DNA of 64,000 bases, taken from NCBI GenBank assembly GCA_036385045.1, contig DASVLC010000050.1, positions 1,916 through 65,915 of the forward strand, given 5' to 3'. Numbering within the stretch: the stretch's first letter is position 1; every line of letters begins with the position of its first letter. Below are positions 9,159 to 18,418 of this stretch, piece after piece. Made by a program: the position numbers and the translations under genes. Source of the stretch: Thermoanaerobaculia bacterium (GTDB lineage Bacteria; Acidobacteriota; Thermoanaerobaculia; Gp7-AA8). Under the pieces are notes generated by a model that saw only the letters and a program-made list of their open reading frames with translations, ran no database searches and had not been told where the DNA came from.

Positions 9159-9956
9159 TCATCCTTTGATCCCCAGCACGGCGACGACGATCGCGATGAA
9201 CGCGCCCGCCGAGATGAAAAGAGTCCGCCGCCTCCGGTAGGTGTTGCTCACGTACGACTGGAGCAGCACCCCGAACAGGATCCACGCGGTTACGGCGCCG
9301 ATCTGCTTGACTCGAACGTCCATGAATCCTGCGCTCGTGCGGTACGACCAGACCACGCCGGCGAGGAGACCAACGGTGTAGATGCTGAAGCCGATGGCCA
9401 TCGCGCGGTAGCTGACCTTCTTGCATACGTCGAGGCTCGGGATCCACTCCCAGAGACGGCCGCGGGTTTTCGCCTTCAATGCACGATCCTGCAGGAATGC
9501 GAGGAGCCCGAACGCCAGCCCGATCAGCAGGCCGGCGACGCCGACGGCCGAGAACAGCAGATGGGCAGTAAAGAGATTGGACTGAAGCGCCGGATCCAGC
9601 TCGGTAAAGTTCTCACCGACGACCGCCGCCACCGTAAGAAGAAGCAGTACGAGCGGGTAGATGAGAAACGCCGCAGCATAAACGCGATAACGAATCCAGA
9701 GCGCCAGCTCAACGGCGAAGACGGTCCAGGCGATGAAGCTGACCGCCTCGGGCAGATTGGTGATCGGCGGATGGCCCGTCTTCGCGCAGATCGTACCGAT
9801 CCACATCGTGTGAGCGGCGAAGCCGCCGATCATCAGCAGGAGCCCATACTGCTGCAGCCGCTTTCCGGTGTAGAAGAGCGACAGCAGCGCGGCGAGGGTG
9901 CCGAGCCCGTAGAAAAACAGCGCGACGTACAGGGTGTCAGTGGACTCGAAACTCAT
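9159..9956 (-). CDS. polytopic membrane protein, cytochrome c assembly (CcsA/HemX-like)
   Basis: 265 aa with about 8 hydrophobic segments. It sits immediately upstream of hemA, as hemX/ccsA-like genes do in other hem operons. Confidence 0.5.
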   Translation of the reverse strand: MSFESTDTLYVALFFYGLGTLAALLSLFYTGKRLQQYGLLLMIGGFAAHTMWIGTICAKTGHPPITNLPEAVSFIAWTVFAVELALWIRYRVYAAAFLIYPLVLLLLTVAAVVGENFTELDPALQSNLFTAHLLFSAVGVAGLLIGLAFGLLAFLQDRALKAKTRGRLWEWIPSLDVCKKVSYRAMAIGFSIYTVGLLAGVVWSYRTSAGFMDVRVKQIGAVTAWILFGVLLQSYVSNTYRRRRTLFISAGAFIAIVVAVLGIKG

Positions 9957-9995
9957 CGAGCCCTCCTGTCACGCTTACCGGTTGGCTTCATCAGG

Positions 9996-10592
9996 CTATC
10001 GCTCATGGTTGGACAGGTGCTTTGAAAACACCACTTTGTCCTCTTCGATTCTGTAGAAATCCTTGATGCGTGAGATCTCTCTGTACCCAGCGCTCTGGTA
10101 GAAGCGCAGCGTTGGAGCATAGCTCCGTTTCGAGGAGGTCTCGATCAGGAGCATCCGGCCCCCCTGCCGCCTCACCTCGTTCTCGACGTGAAGGAGCAGA
10201 AACCGCCCGAGACCGGAATGCTGTCGATCGGGATCGACCGCAATCCAGTAGAGATCGTACACGCCGTCGGAGAAAGGAGCCGGCGCAAAACAGACGTACC
10301 CCTGCACCTTCCGCCCCGGCCCACTGTCCGGGTCTTCAGCGACGTCGACCACATAGTCGGAGGATCCTCCCTCCGCGACAGCCAGATCGACCAGTTCCAT
10401 CGCCCAGCCGATCTCCTGGCGGGTGAACCGCCCGGTTGCATCGAGGATCTGGAGGATCCTTTCCCGGTCTGTGCTCACCGCAGGTCGGATTTTCATCGTC
10501 GTCGGGCGGACATCATACGGGCGAAGCGAATCGGCAATCACGGCAGACGAAGCGTAGCGGGCGTCCGGGATGGGAGAAGGGTACCCCGTCAC
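9996..10592 (-). CDS. GNAT family N-acetyltransferase
   Basis: Acetyl-CoA motif RQHSGLGRFLL. The likely true start is MKIRPAV at 10496. Confidence 0.7.
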   Translation of the reverse strand: MTGYPSPIPDARYASSAVIADSLRPYDVRPTTMKIRPAVSTDRERILQILDATGRFTRQEIGWAMELVDLAVAEGGSSDYVVDVAEDPDSGPGRKVQGYVCFAPAPFSDGVYDLYWIAVDPDRQHSGLGRFLLLHVENEVRRQGGRMLLIETSSKRSYAPTLRFYQSAGYREISRIKDFYRIEEDKVVFSKHLSNHER

Positions 10593-10649
10593 GAGGGATG
10601 GTGTCCGTCGTCACATGATGACGGCAGTGGCTCGTCCGGCTGAGATCGC

Positions 10650-11936
10650 CTAGTCGCCGGAGACGCGAGCTGCCGGACTCTGCGTCCGCCCCGCGTAAGC
10701 GGCAAAGAGATGGAGGGAGTCGGCAGGAACCCAGGCGGTGACCTGCATGGTTCCGTCGCTCGTCTGCTGTTCACGCACCTCCGCGACCTCGTGAAGACGG
10801 GCGATGAGACGCGACTCGCTGTGCGGAATCTCGAGGTGAAGGAGCTCGCCACCCGTACGTTCCCTCTCACGGATCAGCTCGATCAAATGGTCGATATGGA
10901 GACCGGTGAGCGCGGAGACCGCGGCGGTGTCGCCCCTGCGCAGGTCGAAGTGCTGCTCGATCCGGTCACATTTGTTGAAGACCTCGATCACACGCTCGCG
11001 TTCGACGCCCAGACTGGCGAGAACCTCCTCGCCGACCACCTGCTGATCTTCGTACTGAGGATGGCTGGCGTCGATGACGTGAAGGACGAGATCGGCGGAA
11101 ACCGCCTCCTCCATGGTAGACCGGAAGGACGCAACGAGATGGTGGGGGAGCTTCCGAATGAAACCGACCGTGTCGATGACGACGGTCTCACGGGGCATCT
11201 CGGCCGCTATCTTTTGTGTCCGCGAATCGAGCGTGGCGAAGAGCTGATCCATCGCCACCGCCTCTCCTCGGGTCAACCGGTTGAACAGCGTCGACTTCCC
11301 GGCGTTCGTGTAGCCGACCAGAGCGACGGTGAACACGGCCTCGCGCGACTTGCGCTGCGTCTCGCGCTGCTTTTCGATCCGCTTCAGATCTTCTTTGAGA
11401 CGTGCGATGCGCGTCCGGACGATACGGCGGTCGAGCTCGAGCTGCGTCTCGCCGACGCCACGACGGGCGCCTCCGCCTGCGCCGCCAGTACCACTGCCTC
11501 CCGCCTGACGTTCGAGATGGGTCCAGGCGCGCGTCAGTCGTGGAAGCATGTATTCGAGTTGCGCGAGCTCGACCTGCGTTCGCGCCTCACGGCTCCGAGC
11601 ACGTCTCGAGAAGATGTCGAGGATCAGCGCGCTGCGATCGATCACCCGGATCGAGCCGCCGATGATCTTCTCGAGGTTGCGGGCCTGGGCGGGTGAGAGG
11701 TCATCGTCAAAGACGACCAGCGTTGCCTCGTGGCGCTGCGCGAGACTACGAACCTCTTCGGCCTTCCCTTTTCCGATGTAAGTAGCTGCATCCGGCGCGT
11801 TGCGTTTGCCCAGGATGCGGGCAGCGACTGTCGCCCCTGCAGCCTCGATCAGTTTCGTCAGCTCGTCGAGATGTTCTTCGGCGACGGTGCGCGTGCATTC
11901 GGGGAGGATGAGACCGGCGGCGATGACGTTTTCCAT
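10650..11936 (-). CDS. hflX: GTPase HflX
   Basis: 428 aa, with an HflX N-terminal domain, G1 GYTNAGKST and G3 DTVGF. Confidence 0.9.
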   Translation of the reverse strand: MENVIAAGLILPECTRTVAEEHLDELTKLIEAAGATVAARILGKRNAPDAATYIGKGKAEEVRSLAQRHEATLVVFDDDLSPAQARNLEKIIGGSIRVIDRSALILDIFSRRARSREARTQVELAQLEYMLPRLTRAWTHLERQAGGSGTGGAGGGARRGVGETQLELDRRIVRTRIARLKEDLKRIEKQRETQRKSREAVFTVALVGYTNAGKSTLFNRLTRGEAVAMDQLFATLDSRTQKIAAEMPRETVVIDTVGFIRKLPHHLVASFRSTMEEAVSADLVLHVIDASHPQYEDQQVVGEEVLASLGVERERVIEVFNKCDRIEQHFDLRRGDTAAVSALTGLHIDHLIELIRERERTGGELLHLEIPHSESRLIARLHEVAEVREQQTSDGTMQVTAWVPADSLHLFAAYAGRTQSPAARVSGD

Positions 11937-11996
11937 TCGGCGTCTGTACGAACAATCATACTGCTCCCGCCGTTCCGGGCCGCCGCGTCTGCTTCG

Positions 11997-13025
11997 TCAA
12001 GTCGCCTGCAGTCCGCTCTCTTCCTCGGCACTCCTGGTGGGAAACAGCAACAGTGCCTCGGTGAGAACGTCGTCGACGGTGATCTCGTTCATGCAGCGGT
12101 GGTGACCGAGCGGGCAGACCCTCTCATAACAAGGCTGGCAAGGGAGAGTCCTCCGGACCACTCGGGACGCGCCGGGGATTACGGTGCGGTCAGGATCGGT
12201 GGGACCGAAAACGGAGACCGATGGAACTGCCAGCGCCGTGGCGACGTGGAGCGGCCCGCTGTCATTCGTGATCACGGCCGCACACTGCGACATCGCGGCT
12301 GCCAGTTCGAGCATGTCTCCTTCATGACCGACCATCGGCACACCGTTGCAGATCGTCGCAATCGCCTCGGCCTGGTGGCGCTCGCCGGGGCTCGTCAACA
12401 GAACGACGTCGTACGCCTCACTCCTCAGCCGCCGGATCAACTCGACGTAATGGTCATCTCCCCAGTGCTTCGCGCGACCGTAGAGACCTCCCGCATGGAT
12501 TCCGATGATCGGGCGGTCGAGGTGCAGACCGGCCGTTTCGAGTAGACGGCGCCCGCGCTCGCGAACTGAAGGGCGGAGGCGAATCGTCGGGATGTCGCCC
12601 ACGACGCGAGGGGCGTTGAGCGCGGTCAGTAGAGAGGTGTAGTCGTCGAGTTGATGGCCGCGGTGGTGCGGACGTGCAATCGGATGCGTCAGCAGCAGGC
12701 GGCGGAAGTCGGTCGGATAGCCCCATCGCTCTTCGACACCCGCGAGCAACGTGACGAGTGCAGACCGGAAGGAGTTCGGAAGGATCACTGCGCGGCGGAA
12801 CTGTCCGGCGCGAAGCAGCGCGATTCGCCGACGGCTCGAACGCGGCCAGCCGATGACCTGGCTGAAGATGCCTGTCGCCTCGAACAGCGGCTTGATGTTG
12901 GCGGGGACCGCGATGGCGATTCCCCCCTCACTGCGGAAGCGGTGCTGAAGGGCGCGAAAGGTCGGGAGGGCCAGGACGTTGTCGCCCACCCAGTTGAGGC
13001 CGATCACGACCGTCTCACAGTTCAT
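11997..13025 (-). CDS. glycosyltransferase family 9 (LPS heptosyltransferase-like)
   Basis: 342 aa, with C-terminal NDSGPLHVATALAVPSVSVFGPTDP typical of GT9. The start overlaps the upstream stop (ATGA). Confidence 0.8.
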   Translation of the reverse strand: MNCETVVIGLNWVGDNVLALPTFRALQHRFRSEGGIAIAVPANIKPLFEATGIFSQVIGWPRSSRRRIALLRAGQFRRAVILPNSFRSALVTLLAGVEERWGYPTDFRRLLLTHPIARPHHRGHQLDDYTSLLTALNAPRVVGDIPTIRLRPSVRERGRRLLETAGLHLDRPIIGIHAGGLYGRAKHWGDDHYVELIRRLRSEAYDVVLLTSPGERHQAEAIATICNGVPMVGHEGDMLELAAAMSQCAAVITNDSGPLHVATALAVPSVSVFGPTDPDRTVIPGASRVVRRTLPCQPCYERVCPLGHHRCMNEITVDDVLTEALLLFPTRSAEEESGLQAT

Positions 13026-14782
13026 TCGGCGGCTTCGCTCTCTTCCGTTCCCTTCCAGCGGTCATGCATCCAGAGCCAGAGCTCGGGACGCTCGACGATA
13101 CGCCGCGAGATGACGTCGTTGATCCGTTTCGTCAACTCCACGGGATCTCTCTCGGCTCCGGTCAGGAGATCGGCGCGGATCGGCCCCTCCAGCTCGAACC
13201 GATGCCCGAGACCGTCCGTGATGCAAAAACCGAACACGATGCTGGCTCCCGAGCGAAGTGCGAGCTTCGCAGGTGCGTCAGTCGTCCACGCGGGCCGGCC
13301 GAGAAACGGAACCAGCACACCCTCCCGAGGCTTCACCGCCTGGTCGGGCAGCAGCACAACGACCGCGTTCTCGCTCAGTCCCCTCATCAGCACTCGGGCC
13401 GCTTTTCTGCGATCGACCACGCGAGCGCCAGTATGCGCGCGAAGCCTCTGTAAGTCTTGTTCCATCAACTCGTTGTCGAGAGGACGGGCAACCGTACGGA
13501 TGTTCTTCGCAGCAGCCATGATCGCCAGTCCTGCGATCTCCCATCCGCCCCAGTGTGCGCTGATCAGCACCGTTCCTCTGCCTCGGGCGCTCGACTCGTC
13601 GATCAGATGCGTGTTGCCGACCGGACAACGCAGCGCAACCTCATCCAGCGACAGATTGCGCAGCTGAAGGACCTGTAGCACTTCCCGGCCGAAGTGTCGC
13701 CAGCAGTCGTTGAGGATCCGTCGCAGTTCTCTCCGGTCACGCTGCGGGAATGCTGCCGTCAGGTTCTTCATCGCGAGGCGATCGCGACGGCGGAGTACGT
13801 GGCGGGCGACCGAACCAAGACGCCGCCCCCATCGGACGGCAGTTTCTTCGCTGATCGACTGGACGAGCCGGTTGACGAGCCGGTAAGCGGCATACTCGAG
13901 TTTCTGGACGATGAGATTCTTCCGGCGTCGCTTCTTTCGCCGTTCCGGGTTGGCTGCCAGCTCGGCGACCTGCTCGAGGATTGCCGGATCGATCTCGAAC
14001 TCGGCGGGCACGGCGATCACTGAGCGGTCGTCGATCTTCACCGCATCCTTTTCGGTGGTGACCAGCGTTGCTCCGCGCGCCTCAGCCCGCATCGCCTCGA
14101 GATCAGCAGCCGTATAGCGGTGGTGATCGCGAAATCCCCTCGTCCCGCAAAGCTGCACGCCCGCAGCCCGCAACGATGCGAAGAACTGCTCGTTATCCGC
14201 AAGGGCAGAGAATGCGTAGACCTTCTGGGTCAGCAGTTCCGGGGGAACGAGTGTCCGCAGCCGTCGGGGAATCACATGATCGGCGTACTGCAGCGCAGAG
14301 CGGCCCTCCCGGAAGAAACGTGCGGGAGCATCGATCACGATGTCGAGATCGCGCTGAAGCTGCAGGTGCTGAAACCCGTCATCGAGGACGAATAAGTCGC
14401 AGTCGTTATCGCGTAGATAATGTGTTGCGGCATCGTATCTATTACTACTAACTAATATAGTTGCACCAGTTCTACTTTTAATGAGTACTGGTTCATCGCC
14501 ATATTTATCGACATCAAGGTTCCGGACTTCGCCCGCTTGATGACGCGTCTTCCGGCCATACCCCCTGGTCAGCACGACGACCCGAAGTCCGAGCGCATCG
14601 AGATGGCGGCAGAGGGCAATCACCGCAGGCGTCTTTCCCGTTCCCCCCGCGGCGATATTTCCGATCGAGACCACCGGACGCCGGAGTCTCTTTCCGTCGA
14701 GCAGCCCCGATCGATAGAGCGTCCGCCGCGCCCGGTTGATCGCGCGGTAGAGGAATTCGAAGGGTGCGGTTAATGGATTCAC
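13022..14782 (-). CDS. lpxK: fusion protein: tetraacyldisaccharide 4'-kinase (LpxK) + lipid A lauroyl/Kdo2-lipid IVA acyltransferase family (LpxL-like)
   Basis: The N-terminal ~280 aa have the P-loop GNIAAGGTGKTP and DDGFQH. A basic linker RRKKRRRK follows. The C-terminal ~290 aa have the acyltransferase HX4E motif (SAHWGGWE). Confidence 0.8.
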   Translation of the reverse strand: MNPLTAPFEFLYRAINRARRTLYRSGLLDGKRLRRPVVSIGNIAAGGTGKTPAVIALCRHLDALGLRVVVLTRGYGRKTRHQAGEVRNLDVDKYGDEPVLIKSRTGATILVSSNRYDAATHYLRDNDCDLFVLDDGFQHLQLQRDLDIVIDAPARFFREGRSALQYADHVIPRRLRTLVPPELLTQKVYAFSALADNEQFFASLRAAGVQLCGTRGFRDHHRYTAADLEAMRAEARGATLVTTEKDAVKIDDRSVIAVPAEFEIDPAILEQVAELAANPERRKKRRRKNLIVQKLEYAAYRLVNRLVQSISEETAVRWGRRLGSVARHVLRRRDRLAMKNLTAAFPQRDRRELRRILNDCWRHFGREVLQVLQLRNLSLDEVALRCPVGNTHLIDESSARGRGTVLISAHWGGWEIAGLAIMAAAKNIRTVARPLDNELMEQDLQRLRAHTGARVVDRRKAARVLMRGLSENAVVVLLPDQAVKPREGVLVPFLGRPAWTTDAPAKLALRSGASIVFGFCITDGLGHRFELEGPIRADLLTGAERDPVELTKRINDVISRRIVERPELWLWMHDRWKGTEESEAAE

Positions 14783-16140
14783 GTGAGCAACTCGACGATC
14801 CGACCGGCGGTAAGAGCTGAAGCTCCTCGATTCTCGAGAACGGTCTCACGCGCCTTTTCGCCGAACCGATGCTGAGCCGCGGGGTCGCTGAACATCCGAG
14901 CGGCGAAGTCGGCCACGCCCGCCGCGTCATTCACTTCCAACGCTGCTCCCCGCAGGAGGAAGATCTCGGCGATCTCGCGGAAGTTCGTCATGGAAGGACC
15001 GAAACAGACCGGAACCCCGGCAGCAGCAGGCTCGATCGGGTTGTGTCCTCCAATCGGAACGAGGGTTCCTCCAACGAATGCTGCTGTGGCGTACCTGTAG
15101 ATCTTCGGCAGCTCACCGAAGACATCGAGCAGCAACACGTCAGTCTGTCGTTCTTCGAGTCCGGGAAGATCACTCCTGCGGACCGATCGGAGCCGCGAGC
15201 CCGCCAGGAGGGAGGCGACCGCGTCGAACCGCTCGGGCTTTCGCGGGGCAATCACGGTGAAGACCGGATGTGTTGCGGCGAGACGTTCGATCTCCGGAAG
15301 CAGCGCCTCGTCCTCCCCCTCCATCGTGGAGCCGAGGACCAGAACGGGACGGCCCGCGATCATGCGAAGCAGCAGGGCTTCATAGTCGAGACGTCGTTCA
15401 TCGGGCTCAAAATCGAACTTCACGTTTCCGCTGATCTCGACGATGTCCGGAGGGGCACCGATCGCAATGAAGCGCTCGCGGTCCGTATGCTCGCGCACCA
15501 GGATTCGATCGTATTTCCGCAGCAGCGGTGCGAGAAACATCCGGATGGCTCGATATCGGGGAAACGAGCGGTCGGAGATCCGTCCATTGGCGAGCAGGAT
15601 TCGAAGGCCTCGTGACTTTGCCAGTCGCGTCGCGTTCGGCCAGATTTCGGTTTCCATCGTAGCGAACACGCGCGGCCGGTGATGCTCCAGGAAACGTCTC
15701 ACCGCAAAGGCGAAGTCGAACGGAAAGTACGTCACCGTTGCAGCAGGGTAGAGGCGCTGCGCCTGAGTCTGACCGGTCAGAGTCGTCGTGGTGAAGACGA
15801 TCGAAGTCCCCGGCCTGAGAGCCAGGATCTCTTCGATGAGCGGCCTCGCTGCCAGAGCCTCGCCCACCGACACGGCATGAACCCAGAGGTCGTGCGGTCT
15901 GGCGCCATGCCTGTATGACCCGAGCCTCTGCGGCAGGTTCGAAAGGTACTTGCCGCGCAACCGTCCCGTCAGGAGGAGGTACGGCAACGCAGGCAGCAGT
16001 ACGAGGTACAGCAGCACCTCGTAGAGAATGAACATGGGTCGAATCATAAGACGTGGAGCCACTTCTCCGGGCAACTGTCGGTAAGAGGCCTTTGCCCACG
16101 CCTCACTTGGCCGGTCACAGCGAGCCGTGACCACTCGCAC
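14779..16140 (-). CDS. waaA: 3-deoxy-D-manno-octulosonic acid (Kdo) transferase
   Basis: Membrane anchor followed by the LWVHAVSVGE motif and a GT30 C-terminal half. The true start is probably ATG at 16047 or 16035. Confidence 0.85.
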   Translation of the reverse strand: MRVVTARCDRPSEAWAKASYRQLPGEVAPRLMIRPMFILYEVLLYLVLLPALPYLLLTGRLRGKYLSNLPQRLGSYRHGARPHDLWVHAVSVGEALAARPLIEEILALRPGTSIVFTTTTLTGQTQAQRLYPAATVTYFPFDFAFAVRRFLEHHRPRVFATMETEIWPNATRLAKSRGLRILLANGRISDRSFPRYRAIRMFLAPLLRKYDRILVREHTDRERFIAIGAPPDIVEISGNVKFDFEPDERRLDYEALLLRMIAGRPVLVLGSTMEGEDEALLPEIERLAATHPVFTVIAPRKPERFDAVASLLAGSRLRSVRRSDLPGLEERQTDVLLLDVFGELPKIYRYATAAFVGGTLVPIGGHNPIEPAAAGVPVCFGPSMTNFREIAEIFLLRGAALEVNDAAGVADFAARMFSDPAAQHRFGEKARETVLENRGASALTAGRIVELLT

Positions 16141-16178
16141 GGCCCGCTGTTCGTGGCGGGTGCATCGTCAGGGTTGAG

Positions 16179-16775
16179 GTGAACCCCATGAGTGGCTGGA
16201 CACTGCTTGGTCTGCTGACAATCGGAATCGCGCTTTATCTGCTGCTCAGCGGCTTTTTGAAGACGTGGCGCACGTATCGCGGAGTACGAGTCATTACCTG
16301 CCCTGAGAATATGCAGCCCGCCGCCGTGAAGGTCGCGGCAGTCGACGCGGCGAAGTGGTTCGCGATCTCCGGCGAGACTTCACTTCACCTGCGAACCTGC
16401 ACCCGGTGGCCGGAGATGGCCGGCTGCGACGAGGCATGTCTGAAGCAGGTCGAGGCCTCACCTCATGCCTGCAGCCTCCAGACGATTGTGAGTTCCTGGT
16501 ACGAAGGGAAGAGCTGCTGCTTCTGCCAGCGTGAGATCGGGCCGATCGTCTGGCACGATCGTCCCCCGGCGCTTCGGCTTCCCGACGGGACGACGCGCGA
16601 GTGGAAGGACGTAAGCCCCGACGAGATTCAGTCGCTCTTCGCGACCTCGCTGCCGGTCTGCTGGGCGTGTCACACAGTCGAGGATTTCCGCCACGACCAC
16701 AAGGATCTGGTGATCGAAAGGCCTCGTCCGGCCGAGGAGCACCACGCGCTCGGGCCGACCGACTCGGTGTATTGA
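16179..16775 (+). CDS. membrane-anchored Cys-rich protein, unknown function
   Basis: GTG start, one N-terminal TM helix and 12 Cys including CCFC and CWAC pairs. I recognise no family. Confidence 0.5.
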   Translation: MNPMSGWTLLGLLTIGIALYLLLSGFLKTWRTYRGVRVITCPENMQPAAVKVAAVDAAKWFAISGETSLHLRTCTRWPEMAGCDEACLKQVEASPHACSLQTIVSSWYEGKSCCFCQREIGPIVWHDRPPALRLPDGTTREWKDVSPDEIQSLFATSLPVCWACHTVEDFRHDHKDLVIERPRPAEEHHALGPTDSVY

Positions 16776-16820
16776 GTCGACCGGCCGCAACGCCTGACTC
16801 TACGCAGAGACACTTCAATC

Positions 16821-16876
16821 TGAGAGTCAAAGGCCGGGCCCGAGCCCGCGCCCGAGCCCGGCTCTTGACTCACAAG
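16821..16876. repeat. Family A repeat, copy A2 (complete hairpin)
   Basis: The arms GAGTCAAAGGCCGGGC and GCCCGGCTCTTGACTC (14 of 16 positions pair) flank a (CCGAGCCCG)-type GC core. Confidence 0.65.
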
Positions 16877-16919
16877 ACGCCTAAGGTGCAGCCGGCTCTG
16901 ATCGGCGGTGATCCCGACG

Positions 16920-17663
16920 TCAGAACATGCCGTAGGTCGTGGCGCTGACCAGGGTCAGCGTGTCCTCGAGCCAATGAACGGACTTCTGCACGACGCAGTC
17001 GGTCGCGTGGCACTCGGCTCCGTGGACGATCTCGATACGACGCTCTCCCCGCAACTGTGACAGTGCCTCACGGTTCATCCGGAGCACCGGCATGTCCTTG
17101 ACGAGAAGAAGTGTCGGTGCCTTGACGTCCCTGAGATAGTCGACGGCGAGGTCGGTGCGGCCGTCGATGGAGACCACTGATGAAACAAGATCGGGACGCT
17201 GCGCCGCGGCGACGATCGCACCGGCCGCACCACTGCTCGACCCCAGGTAGGCCAGGGGAAGACCTGCTGTCTCGTGGTTCCGCGTCACCCAGTTCCCGAT
17301 GTCGATGAATCGCTGCGCGAGGAACTCGGCATCATTCCGATAGTGCGAAGTGCTGGCATCGAACTGGATCTCTTCTTCGCTCAGCAGCGGCACGTGCAGC
17401 GTCGCAATGTGTGCTTCGCGCAGGAGCGAGGCGATTGCGGCATCGCGCGTCTCGTCCGGCAGCGTCGGGAATGATGCGAAGACTGCCGCGGCGAGCGGCC
17501 GCGCAGGCATCACGAGGGAGCCCTGCAGCATCACCTTTCCAGTCCAGACGACGGTCGGTCCCGAAATTTCACTGAACGCGTTCATGAGTCGATCTCCCAA
17601 CGCTTTTGTAACTCCGGAGCCACGGATGAGAGGTGACCGGAAGAACCGTACGGTGTGACACAC
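16920..17663 (-). CDS. alpha/beta hydrolase (dienelactone hydrolase-like)
   Basis: Nucleophile elbow GSSSG and a C-terminal His region. An alternative start is MNAFSE at 17585. Confidence 0.6.
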   Translation of the reverse strand: MCHTVRFFRSPLIRGSGVTKALGDRLMNAFSEISGPTVVWTGKVMLQGSLVMPARPLAAAVFASFPTLPDETRDAAIASLLREAHIATLHVPLLSEEEIQFDASTSHYRNDAEFLAQRFIDIGNWVTRNHETAGLPLAYLGSSSGAAGAIVAAAQRPDLVSSVVSIDGRTDLAVDYLRDVKAPTLLLVKDMPVLRMNREALSQLRGERRIEIVHGAECHATDCVVQKSVHWLEDTLTLVSATTYGMF

Positions 17664-17725
17664 TTACGTAAACGTAATGTCTCCCGTCGACGGATGGAGA
17701 TCCATGAGATGCAGCAGTGCCGTCG

Positions 17726-18412
17726 TCAGGCGTGTCCCATGTGCTCGACGACGGTGATCACCGTACCGAGAGTCAGGATGAGACTGCCTGCAATCAGCTC
17801 TCCGTAGCGATCGACCCAGGCGAACCGGATCCTGCGTGCTCCCGCATGCGCCATATAAACGAGGATCACGATCGCGGCGATGGTCGCCACCTCATACACG
17901 GCGATGACCGCCCCGACTGCACCCCAGCTCTGGGTCGAAGCAGCAATGATCATCGGAATGAGCGCGATACATGGGTCAGCACAGAACAGAACGAACAGAG
18001 ACCATTCGGTCAGGCCTTTCTTGTGGTGGTGGTGCGTTCCCTCTCCATGGTCATGCTCGACACCTCGAAGGTGATCGACGTGGTGCATGAGCTTCCCGCG
18101 TGAGAGACGCCACAGTGCCCACAGTGTGTACGTCAGACCGAAGGCGATGAGGAGCAGAGGCGCGGAAGCATGCACGCTGGTGCCGAACTTCTCGACCGCC
18201 TCCCGCCCGATCAGGACGGCCAGGACTCCGAGCATCGCTGAAACCGTCACGTGGCCGAAGCCGCAGAGGATCGCGAGTCTCGCCGTCCGCCGGGGTGTCC
18301 AGTTCCGGGTGCGCGCGAGGGTTGCAAACGGCAGCCAGTGATCCGGTGCAAGCGAGTGCAGCGCACCTACGGTTGCGGCGGTCAACATCAGAGCGACAAG
18401 CCATTCGTTCAT
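17726..18412 (-). CDS. putative nickel/cobalt transporter (HupE/UreJ- or NicO-like) with His-rich loop
   Basis: 228 aa, ~6 TM. It has LHSLAPDHW near the N-terminus and a cytoplasmic loop HHVDHLRGVEHDHGEGTHHHHKK. It lies in the hyp operon. Confidence 0.5.
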   Translation of the reverse strand: MNEWLVALMLTAATVGALHSLAPDHWLPFATLARTRNWTPRRTARLAILCGFGHVTVSAMLGVLAVLIGREAVEKFGTSVHASAPLLLIAFGLTYTLWALWRLSRGKLMHHVDHLRGVEHDHGEGTHHHHKKGLTEWSLFVLFCADPCIALIPMIIAASTQSWGAVGAVIAVYEVATIAAIVILVYMAHAGARRIRFAWVDRYGELIAGSLILTLGTVITVVEHMGHA

Positions 18413-18418
18413 GGGCGT

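Noticed and set aside
10710-12545. 328-aa and 271-aa plus-strand ORFs
   Set aside because: They are antisense to hflX and the GT9 gene, which carry the recognisable motifs.
17664-17677. TTACGTAAACGTAA (contains the palindrome TTACGTAA) between the Ni transporter and hydrolase genes
   Set aside because: It is only 14 nt and occurs once in the window, and I cannot assign a matching regulator. Noted as a possible operator but unsupported.
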